A stretch of DNA of 64,000 bases, from NCBI RefSeq assembly GCF_963921235.1, contig NC_086108.1:32738001-32802000 (forward strand), given 5' to 3'. The translations under genes were made by a program, and so were the position numbers. The DNA is from Mobula hypostoma. Its lineage: Eukaryota. Below are positions 51,340-63,641 of the stretch, piece by piece; the first letter of the stretch is position 1, and each line of letters opens with the position of its first letter. The notes beneath the pieces were generated by a model. That model ran no database searches and was not told the DNA's origin. It saw only the letters and a program-made list of their open reading frames with translations.

Positions 51340-51517
51340 TATCTTGGTAGACAATCTCTGAAGAGTATTGATAATGGCTGGGGTCACCTGTCTTGTAAGG
51401 ACACTGCCCAGAAGAAGGCAATGGCAAACCACTTCTGTCGAAAAATTCACCAAGAACAATCATGGTCATGGAAAGACCATGATCACCCACATCATACGAC
51501 ATGGCACATAATGAACG
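51340..51517 (+). mobile_element. RTE-related SINE 3' part
   Basis: gaaggcaatggcaaaccacttct motif typical of RTE/BovB-derived SINEs. Confidence 0.55.
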
Positions 51518-52117
51518 ATTCCAACCCTTTCCAAAATCTACAAGTATTGTCCTGGAATTTGCAATGTGTAACCACAGCAATATTATCAACTCAGAGTAAT
51601 GTCAGGATATCTGTGTAAATACAGCCTATTAGTGAAAACCCAAAGATGTTTTCAGTGACTCGTTGCTTTTTCTCAAGATTACAATCTTCTTCAATGGGAA
51701 ATAAATTGATGTGACATAAGCATATTTACAAACTAGTGTGGTTGTAAAATACCTAAAATGTTATACCTTGTTATATGAGATCAGAGAATTTTTTGATGGT
51801 ATTCAGAGCCATAAATAACAACATTTGTTTCCCCAAAATACTAATTTAATGAATGTATTTTATAAATCCTTCACAGAAATATTTCAAAATGTCAAGTATT
51901 TTTTTAACTTGTAATTTTAAGAATTGTTTAATCATGGTATTTTAGCTTGCACCTTAATCATTCCTCTAAGTTCAAGTTTTGATTTAGAACTTTGTAAAAT
52001 ATTTAAAAAGGTAATTAAAATGTTTTTTTCTCTTCCTGCTTTGTCTTCTGTGACACATTTTCCATTTAATTTGTTGCATGGCCTTCTTCATGACACCACA
52101 GCTGTCTCCTTGTACTC

Positions 52118-52640
52118 TTTTGACCAATCCCTGCATGGGAGGCTGGTCCAGATTGTTCAGTCACTTGGCATTCAGGACGAAGTTGTAAACTGGGTTCAAC
52201 TCTGGCTTTGTGTGAGAAGTCAGAGAGTGGTGGTAGACAGTTGCCTCTCTGACTTTGGGTCTGTGTCTAGTCGTGTACCACAGGGATCAGCGGTGGGTCC
52301 ATTGTAGATTGTCATATGAAAATGTGGGTGATAATGTGGTAAACATCAGCAAATTTGAGGATAACATCAAGAATGGGGGCATAGTGGACAGCAGGGAAGA
52401 CTATCAAAGCTTGCAGCAGGACTTGGACCAGCTGGAAGAAGTGAGCTGAAAATGGCAGATAGAATTTAATGCAGAAAATTATGAGGTGTTGCACTTTGGG
52501 AAGACAGACTAGGGTAGGATTTTATATAGTGAATGGTAGAGCACTGAGGCGTGTGGTAGAACAGAGTAATCTGGGAATACAGATCCATAATTCCTTGAAA
52601 GTTGGCATCACCAGGTGACAAAGAGAGTTTTTGGCACAAT
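52118..52640 (+). mobile_element. CR1 RT fragment
   Basis: HGRLVQ.VQSLGIQ..VVNW..QRVVV..VPQGS; ISKFEDN..LQQDLDQL. Confidence 0.8.
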
Positions 52641-52644
52641 GGCA

Positions 52645-53210
52645 TGAGTGTAAGAATAAACAGTTGATGATTCAGGTCGAGACCCTTCATCAGGACTGGA
52701 ACGGAAGGGAGAAGAAGCCAGAATTAGAAACTCGGGGTGGGGAAGGATTACAAGCAAGAAGGTGAGGCCAGGTGGGTGGGGAGAGGGGAGGGAATGAAGT
52801 GAGAAGCTGGGAGGTGATAGGTGGAAAAGGTAAACAGCTGAAGAAGAAGGAATCCGAAAGGGAGGGAGAGTAGACTATAGGAGAAAAGGAAGGAGAAGAG
52901 GCAGCAGGGAGGTGATAGGCAGGCAAGGTGAAGAGAAGAGGTAAGAGGGGAACCAGAATGGGGAATGGAAGAAGGCGGAAGGGGAGGGGGGAAATTACTG
53001 GAAGTTAGACAAGTCAAAGTTTATGCCATCGGGTGGGAGGCTACCCGGATGGAATATGAGGTGCTGCTCGTCCAACCTGAGAGTGGCCTCATCATTGCAG
53101 TGGAGGAGGCCAAGGACTGACATGTCAGAATGGGAATGGGGATTAAAATAAAAATCGTTGGCCACTGGGAAATGCTGCTTGTTGCGAATGGAGCGAAAGT
53201 GCTCTCCAAA
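52645..53210 (-). mobile_element. Penelope 3' fragment
   Basis: GIY-YIG remnant plus pLTR with mutated hammerhead core at 52661-52698. Confidence 0.82.
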
Positions 53211-53214
53211 GCTC

Positions 53215-54310
53215 TAGTTGCTTTACATTTATGACTACGCGGCTCGACACAGCTCGAGTGCCATAGTCAAGCTTGCAGATGAAACCACTGTCATAGGTTG
53301 AATCGAGGGTGGTGATGAATCAGCATATTGGAGGGAGATCGAAAATGTGGCTGAGTGGTGCACAACAACAACTTCTTAGCCAACATCAGCAAGACCAAGG
53401 AGCTGATTATTGACCACGAGTGGGAAACCAGAGGTCCACGAGCCAGTCCTCACTGGAGGATCAGAGGTGGAGAGGGTCAGCAACTTTAAATTCCTCAGTG
53501 TTATCACTTCTGAGGACCTGTCCTGGGTCCAGAACGTAAGTACGATAATGAAGAGAGCATGTACAATAATGAAGATAATGTACGATAATGAAGATAAAGT
53601 ACGATAATGAAGAGAGCATGGCAGAGCCTCTACTTCCCTAGAAGTTTGCGAAGATTTGACATGACATCAAAAACTTTGACTAACTTCTATAGATGTGTCG
53701 CGTAGAGTACATTGACTGGCTGCATCACAGCCCAGTACGGAAGCACAGGTCCTACAAAAAGAGGTGAATATGGCCCAGTCCATCATGGGTAAAGCCCTCC
53801 CCACTATCGAGCACTGTTGCTGCAAAGCTGCATCCATTATCAGGGACCCCCACCCAGATCATGCTCTCTTCTCGATGTTGAAATCAGGAAAAAGTTAGAG
53901 AAGCCTCAGGACTCACACTCACACCACCAGGTTCAGAAACAGTTATTACCCCCTCCTCAGCCATCAGGCTTCTGAACCAAAGGGGATAACTTCACTCAAC
54001 TTCACTTGTTCCATCACTGAAATGGTCCCATAATATATGGACTCAGTTTCAAGGACTCTTCATCTCATGTTCCGAAGGTTTATAGTTTATTTATTTATTA
54101 TTGTTATTTCTTTCTTTCTGCATTTGCACAGTTGTCCTTTGCGCACTGGTTGAATGCCCAGTTGGTGTGGTCTTTCATTGATTCTATTATGGTTATTATT
54201 CTATTATGAATTTACTGAGTATGCCTGCAAGAAAAAGGAATCTCAGGGTTGTAGATAATGATGTATATGTACTTTGATAATACATTTATTTTGTATTTTA
54301 AACTTTGAAA
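53215..54310 (+). mobile_element. Rex1/Babar-like LINE 3' part
   Basis: KLADETTV, EVERVSNFKFL, 3' tail; short internal duplication at 53540-53620. Confidence 0.82.
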
Positions 54311-55020
54311 GCAGTCTCCCAATCTATGTGGGTCTTACTGATGCAGAGGAGGCCACATCGAGAGCACCAGCTACAGCAAATGACCCCAACAGATTTGCAG
54401 TGATTCCTCGCTCCATGATTCCCTTGTCCATTTGTCTCTCCCTACTAATCTCCCTTTTGGTACTTATAGTATCGCTGCAAGTGGAAGAGGTGCTACCTGC
54501 CCATTCACCTCCTCCCTCACTTCCATTTAGGACCCCAATCAGTGCTTCCAGGTGAGGCAAATATGTTGGGGTCGTTTACTATATCCGGTACTCCTGATGC
54601 GGCCTCCTCTACATCTTCAAGTCTGAACATAGATTGGGAGTCCACTTTGTAGAGCACCTTCACTCCATTCGCAGCAAGCAGGATTTCTCAGTGGCCAACC
54701 ATTTTAATTCCAATCACCATTCCCATTCAGACATGTCAGTCCATAGCCTCCTGTACTGCAATGTTGAGGCCATCTCAGGTTAGAGGAGCAATGCCTCATT
54801 TTCTGGCTGGGTAGCTTCTAACCTGACGGCATGAACATTGATTTTTCCAACTTCCAGTAATTTCACTCCTCCTTTCCTCACTCTGGCTCTCCTCGTCTCC
54901 TCACCTACGTATCTCTGCCCCCTGGTGCCCTTCCACATTCCTCTTCTCCCATGACCCACCCTCCTCTCCTATCATATTCCTTCTTCTTCAGCTCTTTACC
55001 TTTTCCACCTATCAACTCCA
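54311..55020. mobile_element. Penelope fragments, partly inverted
   Basis: 54311-54400 minus and 54400-55020 plus GIY-YIG region remnants. Confidence 0.72.
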
Positions 55021-55169
55021 AGTAGGGGGCTGCCTACTTTAATGAGAACATTAAATGAGTGGAAACTTAAATTCCTGGGCCATGTCATCAGAAAGGGAGA
55101 AATAGTATGCCTGGGAAACACGGAAGAGGAAGGCAAAGAAGAAAATATATAGCTGGGGGCTGCCTACTA

Positions 55170-55497
55170 CCTCCCTTATGGTTCCGTCTCCTTCTACTAC
55201 TCATTGTGCTTTCCCCTATTCCTTCTTCACCTTTCCTGCCTATCACCTCCCTGCTTCCCCTCCCCCACCCCTTGATCTTTCCCCTTACTGATTATTCACC
55301 TGGAACCTTCCAGCCTTCTCCTTCCCACCCTCCCTCCACCTTCTTTATAGGGCCTTCCCTCTTCAGTCCTGATGAAGGGTTTGCGCCCGAAACGTTGATT
55401 GATCGTTTCCATGGATGCTGCCCAACCTGCTGAGTTTCTCCAGCGTGTTGTGAGTGTTGCTTTGACCCCAGCATCTGCAGAGAATTTTGTGTTTAAT
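55170..55497 (+). mobile_element. Penelope pLTR
   Basis: Pyrimidine-rich UTR, hammerhead core, terminal ccagcatctgcag. Confidence 0.82.
55363..55402 (+). ncRNA. Minimal hammerhead ribozyme motif
   Basis: ucaguc-CUGAUGA-a-gggu-uugc-gccc-GAAA-c-GUU^gauuga; 6-bp stem I, 4-bp stem II, AACGUU palindrome in place of stem III. Confidence 0.72.
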
Positions 55498-55970
55498 GTT
55501 TGTGGGGGATGTTTCTTCAAGGAGAGTGGTAAATTTTATTGTTTTTCAGCCAAGCACCTACTCCAGGCTGTTTCATCTTCAGCTGGAATGCCTTGTGAAT
55601 TGCTGGTGAAGGTCAAATAACGCAGTAAACCAGTGCAGTCTGCAAATTGAGCCAGAAATTGTCATTATTCTAACATTTTATCAGCTAATTAATTAAGGAG
55701 CAGTTGTACAATCTCTGATCTCATATAGATAAAGTACCCCCAGAATCATTTTTAATTTCTCTAGTCAAGTTGAAGTCTAAAGTTTATTGTCATAGGCATA
55801 CACACTCTAGGTATAAATTAACCTTTTTTGCCTCAACAGCACAGTACATTCCAAATATGACAACATAAATTGACCTAAATTATGCATAAATAACATGGGA
55901 AAATTAACAAAGATAAGCATAACAAAGCAACACATAAAAATGCTCGAGGAACTCAGCAGGCCAGACAGCA

Positions 55971-56176
55971 CTAAGTTATGGGAGTGACTTTAATTTAATT
56001 ACACAATATTGTCTTTCATTATTTACTATCTATAGGGCTTTTTGAGGTACTTTTGTTTTTACTTGATAAAGAACGAGCAGGGGTTGTATTTCCCAACTCT
56101 TCACACCACACTCCAGTCCAGTTGGTGGCGGTATTGCACCTTTAGGTTGGACTGGCAACTACCTTTAATATTCAGA
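55971..56176 (+). mobile_element. Nimb/I-clade LINE 3' end (tail resumes at 58720-58735)
   Basis: ggtggcggtattgcacc terminal motif shared with 16457-16938; TSD ggccag(a/g)cagca at 55959-55970 and 58736-58747. Confidence 0.7.
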
Positions 56177-56237
56177 CAACACACATCAAAGTTGCTGGTG
56201 AACGCAGCAGGCCAGGCAGCATCTATAGGAAGAGGCG

Positions 56238-56275
56238 CAGTCGACGTTTCAGGCCGAGACCCTTCGTCAGGACTA
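56238..56275 (-). ncRNA. Minimal hammerhead ribozyme motif in pLTR of the young element
   Basis: uaguc-CUGACGA-agggucucggccu-GAAA-c-GUC^gacug; intact core, GUC triplet, predicted cut after 56243. Confidence 0.75.
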
Positions 56276-56566
56276 ACTGAAGGAAGAGTGAGTAAGGGAT
56301 TTGAAAGCTGGAGGGGGAGGGGGAGATGCAAAATGATAGGAGAAGACAGGAGGAGGAGGGATAGAGCCGAGAGCTGGACAGGTGATAGGCAGAAGGGGAT
56401 ACGAGAGGATCATGGGACAGGAGGCCTAGGGAGAAAGATGGGGGGGGGTGACCCAGAGGATGGGCAAGAGGTATATTCAGAGGGACAGAGGGAGAAAAAG
56501 GAGAGTGAGAGAAAGAATGTGTGCATAAAAATGAGTAACAGATGGGGTACGAGGGGGAGGTGGGGC

Positions 56567-58710
56567 CTAGCGGAAGTTAGAGAAGTCAATGTTCATGCCA
56601 TCAGGTTGGAGGCTACCCATACGGAATATAAGGTGTTGTTCCTCCAACCTGAGTGTGGCTTCATCTTTACAGTAGAGGAGGCCGTGGATAGACATGTCAG
56701 AATGGGAATGGGATGTGGAATTAAAATGTGTGGCCACTGGGAGATCCTGCTTTCTCTGGCGGACAGAGCGTAGATGTTCAGCAAAGCGGTCTCCCAGTCT
56801 GCGTCGGGTCTCACCAATATATAAAAGGCCACATCAGGAGCACCGGACGCAGTATATCACCCCAGTCGACTCACAGGTGAAGTGATGCCTCACCTGGAAG
56901 GACTGTTTGGGGCCCTGAATGGTGGTAAGGGAGGAAGTGTAAGGGCATGTGTAGCACTTGTTCCGCTTACACGGATAAGTGCCAGGAGGGAGATCAGTGG
57001 GGAGGGATGGGGGGACAAATGGACAAGGGAGTTGTGTAGGGAGCGATCCCTGCAGAATGCAGAGAGGGGGGGGAGGGAAAGATATGCTTAGTGGTGGGAT
57101 CCCGTTGGAGGTGGCGGAAGTTACGGAGAATAATATGTTGGACCCGGAGGCTGGTGGGGTGGTAGGTGAGGACCAGGGGAACCCTATTCCTAGTGGGGTG
57201 GTGGGAGGATGGAGTGAGAGCAGATGTACGTGAAATGGGGGAGATGCGTTTAAGAGCAGAGTTGATAGTGGAGGAAGGGAAGCCCCTTTCTTTAAAAAAT
57301 GAAGACATCTCCCTCGTCCTAGAATGAAAAGCCTCATCCTGAGAGCAGATGCGGCGGAGACGGAGGAATTGCGAGAAGGGGATGGCGTTTTTGCAAGAGA
57401 CAGGGTGAGAAGAGGAATAGTCCAGATAGCTGTGAGAGTCAGTAGGCTTATAGTAGACATCAGTGGATAAGCTGTCTCCAGAGACAGAGACAGAAAGATC
57501 TAGAAAGGGGAGGGAGGTGTCGGAAATGGACCAGGTAAACTTGAGGGCAGGGTGAAAGTTGGAGGCAAAGTTAATAAAGTCAACGAGTTCTGCATGCGTG
57601 CAGGAAGCAGCGCCAATGCAGTCGTCGATGTAGCGAAGGAAAAGTGGGGGACAGATACCAGAATAGGCACGGAACATAGATTGTTCCACAAACCCAACAA
57701 AAAGGCAGGCATAGCTAGGACCCATACGGGTGCCCATAGCTACACCTTTAGTTTGGAGGAAATGGGAGGAGCAAAAGGAGAAATTATTAAGAGTAAGAAC
57801 TAATTCTGCTAGACGGAGCAGAGTGGTGGTAGAGGGGAACTGATTAGGTCTGGAATCCAAAAAGAAGCGTAGAGCTTTGAGACCTTCCTGATGGGGGATG
57901 GAAGTATATAGGGACTGGACATCCATGGTGAAAATAAAGCGGTGGGGGCCAGGGAACTTAAAATCATCGAAAAGTTTAAGAGCGTGAGAAGTGTCACGAA
58001 CATAGGTCGGAAGGGATTGAACAAGGGGTGATAAAACAGTGTCGAGGTATGCAGAAACGAGTTCGGTGGGGCAGGAGCAAGCTGAGACAATAGGTCTGCC
58101 AGGACAGGCAGGTTTGTGGATCTTGGGTAGGAGGTAGAAACGGGAAGTGCGGGGTGTGGGAACTATAAGGTTGGTAGCAGTGGATGGGAGATCCCCTGAG
58201 CGGATAAAGTCGTTGATAGTGTGGGAGACAATGGCCTGGTGCTCCTTAGTGGGGTCACGATCGAGGGGTAAATAAGAGGAGGTATCCGCGAGTTGTCGCT
58301 GTGCCTCGGCAAGGTAGAGGTCAGTACGCCAGACTACAACAGCACCCCCCTTATCAGCGGGTTTAATAATAATGTTAGGATTAGTGCGGAGGGAGTGGAG
58401 AGCAGAGCGTTCCGAAGGAGTGAGGTTGGAATGGGGACAAGGTGCGGTGAAGTCGAGACGGTTGATGTCCCGTCGGCAGTTGGCAATAAAAAGATCCAGA
58501 GCAGGCAGAAGACCAGAGCGGGGTGTCCATGAAGAAGAGGAGGGTTGAAGATGGGAGAAGGGGTCATCGGTGGGGGTGGAAGAGTCCTTGCCGAAGAAGT
58601 AGGCTCGGAGACGGAGACGGAGACGGCGGAAGAAAAGTTCCGCATCATGGCGAACACGGAACTCGCTGAGGTGTGGGCGAAGGGGGACAAACGTGAGGCC
58701 CTTACTGAGA
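56567..58710 (-). pseudogene. Penelope reverse transcriptase / GIY-YIG endonuclease ORF
   Basis: LSKGLTFVP, IKPADKGGAVVV, PKIHKP..PGRPIVS, GVAMGT.MGPSYA, RYIDD; frameshifts at G-runs near 57070 and 57010, TGA at 56834, then CGLLYIGET...MNIDFSNFR*. Confidence 0.93.
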
Positions 58711-59619
58711 AATATTTTTATATTCAGAAGAAGGTGGCCAGGCAGCATCAATGGAGAAGACTAAAAAGTGTTGCTTTGGATTTTCCAGCATCTGCAGATC
58801 TCATGTTTGTGATAACATAACAACATTCATTTTATGGATTTTCAAACACTGCTTGTGAAAATTGTTTGATTTTCAAGATTGGTAACACTTTTTTTATAAG
58901 CACTATTTTCAACATGTTAGCAGCATTTTAAATTCAATTCTTGTTAAACCCTGAAGTGTTAAGTTTTGCCTTTGCCTGACAGCAGCTGCGGTAGTCATTA
59001 ATATCTGCCACTCGGTGGTGTCCTATACTAGCTGCTGTCAAGTTTGCAGTGACAGTGGGCGTTACTTAGGACAGCACTCTACCATATTGCACTTCGTAAT
59101 CAACACAAAAGTTCACAGTGTCCTCAAGGTTTCCATGCAAACACAGTTCAAAGCTGAAATTACGCAGCTGCTTCAAGTAACTCGATGCTGGGCTTGCTGC
59201 AGTTTCTCCAATGGAATTAGGAAATTTTAAAGCCTCAGCAATATTAAATACCTCATCCAACAGAATTACACTCACTAAATGCTACAAATCTTCATCTTCC
59301 TGGAGCTGTAACACTAGGCAATTTTCTGCAACACATTTCTTCCACTTTTGTGGAATTTTAAGGGCGTCACCTAATTGCAAACCGTTATCAACTACTGTAC
59401 AGCTTTTAGAGCACCGCTACAACATATCATTTTCATTCCTATTTTTGTAAGTCACCTGACTCTTCATTAATTCAATGCTAATTGCTCATGAATAAAAAAG
59501 GATGTGCAGTTTCTAAATTACTAATTATTAGCATCACACGGAACATTTTGATCACTAAATGAGCACTCACAGTTGGCAGTCTGCATCTTGATGAAATACT
59601 CTTTTTTTTCCCCATTCAG

Positions 59620-59694
59620 CACAAAGGCTGAACCAGAAATGGAATTTGTTTCAATCAAGGCATTCGGAATAAGGCAGGAATCAAAGTACATCAG
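59620..59694 (+). other. Candidate 75-nt exon of an unidentified transcript
   Basis: cttttttttccccattcag| acceptor and CAG|GTAAGT donor in repeat-free DNA; one open frame TKAEPEMEFVSIKAFGIRQESKYI. Confidence 0.35.
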
Positions 59695-60904
59695 GTAAGT
59701 CATTATCACCAGCCATCTCTTGGGGTTTAGGGTGATCCCTTTCATGGGTCTTTAATGAGTTTTTAAGTGGTTGACAAGACTGATCTTGGAGCCATAATGC
59801 ATTACAGGTTATCTTAGAGGGCCAAATTACACTGTGATTCCTACCAATGGTATTCTCTTTCCATCATTTATCTGTGACTAGAGAGAAATGGCTTTCCTGA
59901 AAAGTGGACGCTCCCTTTCTGCCAAGTCTTTCTAATAGCCATGACCCAGCCTAGTGTCCCATAGAATGCAACATCGATGCAGCATCTCCTGATATTTGTT
60001 TTGAGGGTGACTTTAAAATGTTTTTTTAAGCATAAGTGTTTGATTTCTCCATTGGTGAGTTGTACACACAGCAATTGTCTTGATGGACATACATTAACAG
60101 AGTTCCTCCATCATAAAGAAGAGTGCTGATAATTAAGTGTTGTTTTTATTCCTACTCACAACCTTGTTTGTAATGAATTAATGCATGCCTGCATGAGCCA
60201 AAACCAATATTAACAACGTGTGAACGGAAAGAGTCCAGTCACCTTCCCTTGACGTTCAGTGATAGCCACAATCAACATCCTAACCATCGACCGGAATTCT
60301 AACTCAACTATACACATAGAAACTGTGTGAGACCAGAAGATGAATATTTTGTATTCAGCTACTCACCTCCTGATTTCCTGAAATCTTTCCACCATTTACA
60401 AGCCACTCCTATGATGGAATCATTCTCATTTCCAGATGAGAGTGTCTTCAACAACGGTTAAGAAGCTGAACATCTTCTTTGCCAGTTCTTTTCAAACCCA
60501 CAATGTCTTAGAACAGCAAGGCAGCTGGTGCCTGGGGCACCATCACCTGGAAGTTCCCTTCCTAGTCATATACCAGCCTGACTAGGACATTTCTTACCAC
60601 TTCTTTACCCTTGCTGTGTTAAAGTTCTGGAACTCACTCACTGACAACACAGTGGGAGTATCTTCACCGTAAAGTCTACTGGAGATCAAGATGAGGTTTA
60701 CCATCTTTTCCAAGGCAGCAAGCATTAGCCAATGATGCAATGCCCATGGTAAGAATAGATAACTCCAGGAATGCACTGCAGCAGTTAATTCAAATTTTTT
60801 TTACCTCATGTAACCAAAAATTACAACCTGGTTCGGCAACAGAAGAACAATATGAAAATAGTTATGATGAAGTCAGAAACAGGAAGGAAACAAGCAAATC
60901 TATT

Positions 60905-63637
60905 GGGAATATCATATAGGCACCCTCACAACAACACCCCCCCACCGCCCCACTGCACTGCAACAGAGACACTGAGGACCAGATTGGTAAGCAGGTCTAG
61001 GAAAAGATGCAAAAATAACAGGGGTTGTAGTCATCGGGGACTTCAACTTCCCTGATATTGATTGGTATCTCCTTAGTGCAAAAGGTTTCAATGGGGCAGA
61101 ATTTATTAGGTGTGTCCAGGAAGGACTTCTGACACAATATGTAAACAGGTCAGCTAGAAGAGAGGCAAAGTACTGGACCCAGTACTATGCAATGAACCTG
61201 GTCGGGAGACAGATTTCTCAGTGGGTGAACATTTCCGAGACAGTGACCAGAACTCCCTGACCTGGCCTAGGGCAGGGAGATGGCATGGGAAAATATTTAA
61301 TTGGGGGAGGGTGAATTATGATGCTATTAGGCAGGAACTTGGCATAAATTAGGAACAGATATACTCAGGGAAATGTACAATGGAAATGTGGAGGTTGTTT
61401 AGTGAGCACCTACATGGGTTCTCACATTTGTCCCATTGAGGCAGGAAAAAGATGATATGGTGAAGGTACCATCATTGACAAGAGAAGTGGAACATCTAGT
61501 CAGAGTAAGAAGGAAACATATTTAAGATTTAGGAAGCAAGGATCGGACAGGGCTCTAGATAGTCATAAGGTAGCCAGGAAGAAGCTTAAAAATTAGCAGG
61601 AGAACTAGAAGGGGACATTCAAAGGCCTTGGTGAGCAGGATTAAGGAAAACTCCAAGGCATGCTACACGTATGTGAAGAACAGGAGGACTGGAGTGAGAG
61701 TAATAATCAGGGATAAAAGAGAAAACATATGCCTGGAGCTGTAGGAGATACGGGAGGTCTTTAATCAATACCTTGCTTCACTATTCACTAGTGAGAGAGA
61801 CCTTGATGATTATGAGGTCAGTGTAGAAGAGACTAATATGCTGGGACATGCCAGTGTTAAGAAAGAGGATGTGCTGGAGGGTGATAAGTGCTATTCCTTC
61901 ATTCAAGAAAGATAATAGGGATAATGCTGGGAATTATAAACCAGTAAGTTCTACATTAGTGGTGGGAAAACTATTGGAGAGGATTCTTAGAGACAGGATT
62001 TGCCAGGATGATCAAGGACAAGACCCACCCAGCCAACACACTTTTTGTCCCTCTTCCCTGCGGGAGAAGGCTCAGGAGCTTGAAGACTTGTACAGTCAGA
62101 TTTGGGAACAGCTTCTTTCCAGCTGTGGTAAGACTGCTGAACGGATCCAGATCTGGGCCGTACCCTCCAAATATCCGGACCCGCCTCTCAGTTATTTTGC
62201 ACTACCCTACTTTCCATTTTCTATTTTCTATTTATGATTTATAATTACTATCGATTTGTACTCCAGGGAGCGGGAAGAGCAGAATCAAATATCGCTGTGA
62301 TGATTGTACGTTCTAGTATCAATTGTTTGGCGACTATAAAGTATAAAGGATTTTAAAGCATTTGGAGAAGCATAGTTTAGGGAAAGTGTGCATTGCTTTG
62401 TGAGGAGCAGGATGTGACAAAACAAATTGATAAAGGTAGAGAAGTGGATGTGGTATACATGCATTTTAGTAAGTCATTTGACAAATGTCCCTGTGCTACA
62501 CTCATTCATAATGTCAGGAGGCATGGGATCCAGGGAGCTTGGCTGTGTGGATTCAGAATCAGCTAGCTCACAGAAGACAGAGGGTGTTAATACAAGGAGA
62601 GTATTGTGCCTAGGTTTATGACTAGTGGTGTTCCATAGGGGTCTGTTCTGGTATCCCTGCTCTTTGAGGTCTTTAGAAATGACTTAGATGAGGTAGTGCA
62701 AAGGTAGATTACTAAGTTTGCAGATGACATGAAGGTTGGTGGTGCTGTGGATAGTGTGGAAAGCTGTCATGTGTTACATTGGGACTTAGACAGGATGTAG
62801 ATCTGAGCTGAGAAGTAGCAGATGATGTTCAATTCAGGGAAATGTGAAGTGATTCACTTTGGAAGGTCAAATTTGCAGGCAGAATACAAGGTTAATGGCA
62901 GGGTTCTTAGCAGTAGGGGAAATGGGGGGATTTGGGATCCATGACCATAGATCCCTCAAAGTTGCCATGCAAGTTGATAGGGTGGTTAAGAAGGCATGTG
63001 GTGTGTCAGCCTTCATTAGTTAAGGCATTGAGTTCAAGAGCCGCGAGGTAATGTTGCAGCTCTATAAAACTCTGGTTAGACCACATTTGGAATATTGTGC
63101 TAAGTTCACGTTTCCTCATTATGAGAAAGATGTGGAAGCTTTAGAGAAGGTGCAGAGGAGATTTACCAGGCTGCTGCCAGGATTAGAAAGCATTCCTTAT
63201 GAAGAGAGGTTGAGTGAGCTAGGGCTTTACTCTTTGGAGTGAAAGAAGATGAGAGGTGACTTGATAGAGGTGTACAAGATGATAAGAGGTATTGATAGAG
63301 GGCACAGACTGTGCCTTTTTCCCAGAATTGCAATGGCTAATATGAGAGTACATACTTTTAAGGTGATTGGAAGAAATATAGGGTTACGTTAGAGGTAGGC
63401 ATTTACATAGAGAGTGATGGAGTGTGGAATTTACTGCCAGGATTGGTGGTAGAGGCAAAAACATTAGGGGCATTTAACAGACACTTAAATAGGCACATGG
63501 ATGAAAGAAATATTAGAGGTCTATGTGTGAGGGAAGGGACAGACTGATTTTGGAGTAGGTTAAAAGTTTGGTACAACATCTTGGGCTGAAGGGCCTGTAT
63601 GGGGCAGTACTGTCCTGTGCTCTTTGTTCTATGTTCT
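60905..63637 (+). mobile_element. CR1 LINE, degenerate, with a nested Rex fragment (~62003-62347)
   Basis: [43 protein letters not shown]1 3' tail; aggattt repeat around the nested insert. Confidence 0.88.
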
Positions 63638-63641
63638 AAGC

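Larger units (their letters stand above)
56177..58719 (-). mobile_element. Penelope-like element (Neptune clade), young, 5'-truncated
   Basis: Long RT frame, CxxxxCxxC linker, GIY-YIG, 3' UTR and pLTR; 9-bp TSD atattcaga at 56168-56176 and 58720-58728. Confidence 0.95.

Noticed and set aside
53540..53620. gtacgataatgaaga tandem repeat
   Set aside because: Local slippage duplication inside a dead LINE; no sign of function.
56042..56773. 243-aa plus-strand ORF
   Set aside because: Antisense reading of the Penelope 3' UTR/pLTR and Nimb tail; low complexity.
58711..58751. N-terminus of the 585-aa ORF (MMLPGHLLLNIKIF)
   Set aside because: Comes from flanking sequence outside the truncated element, so it is not the real start.
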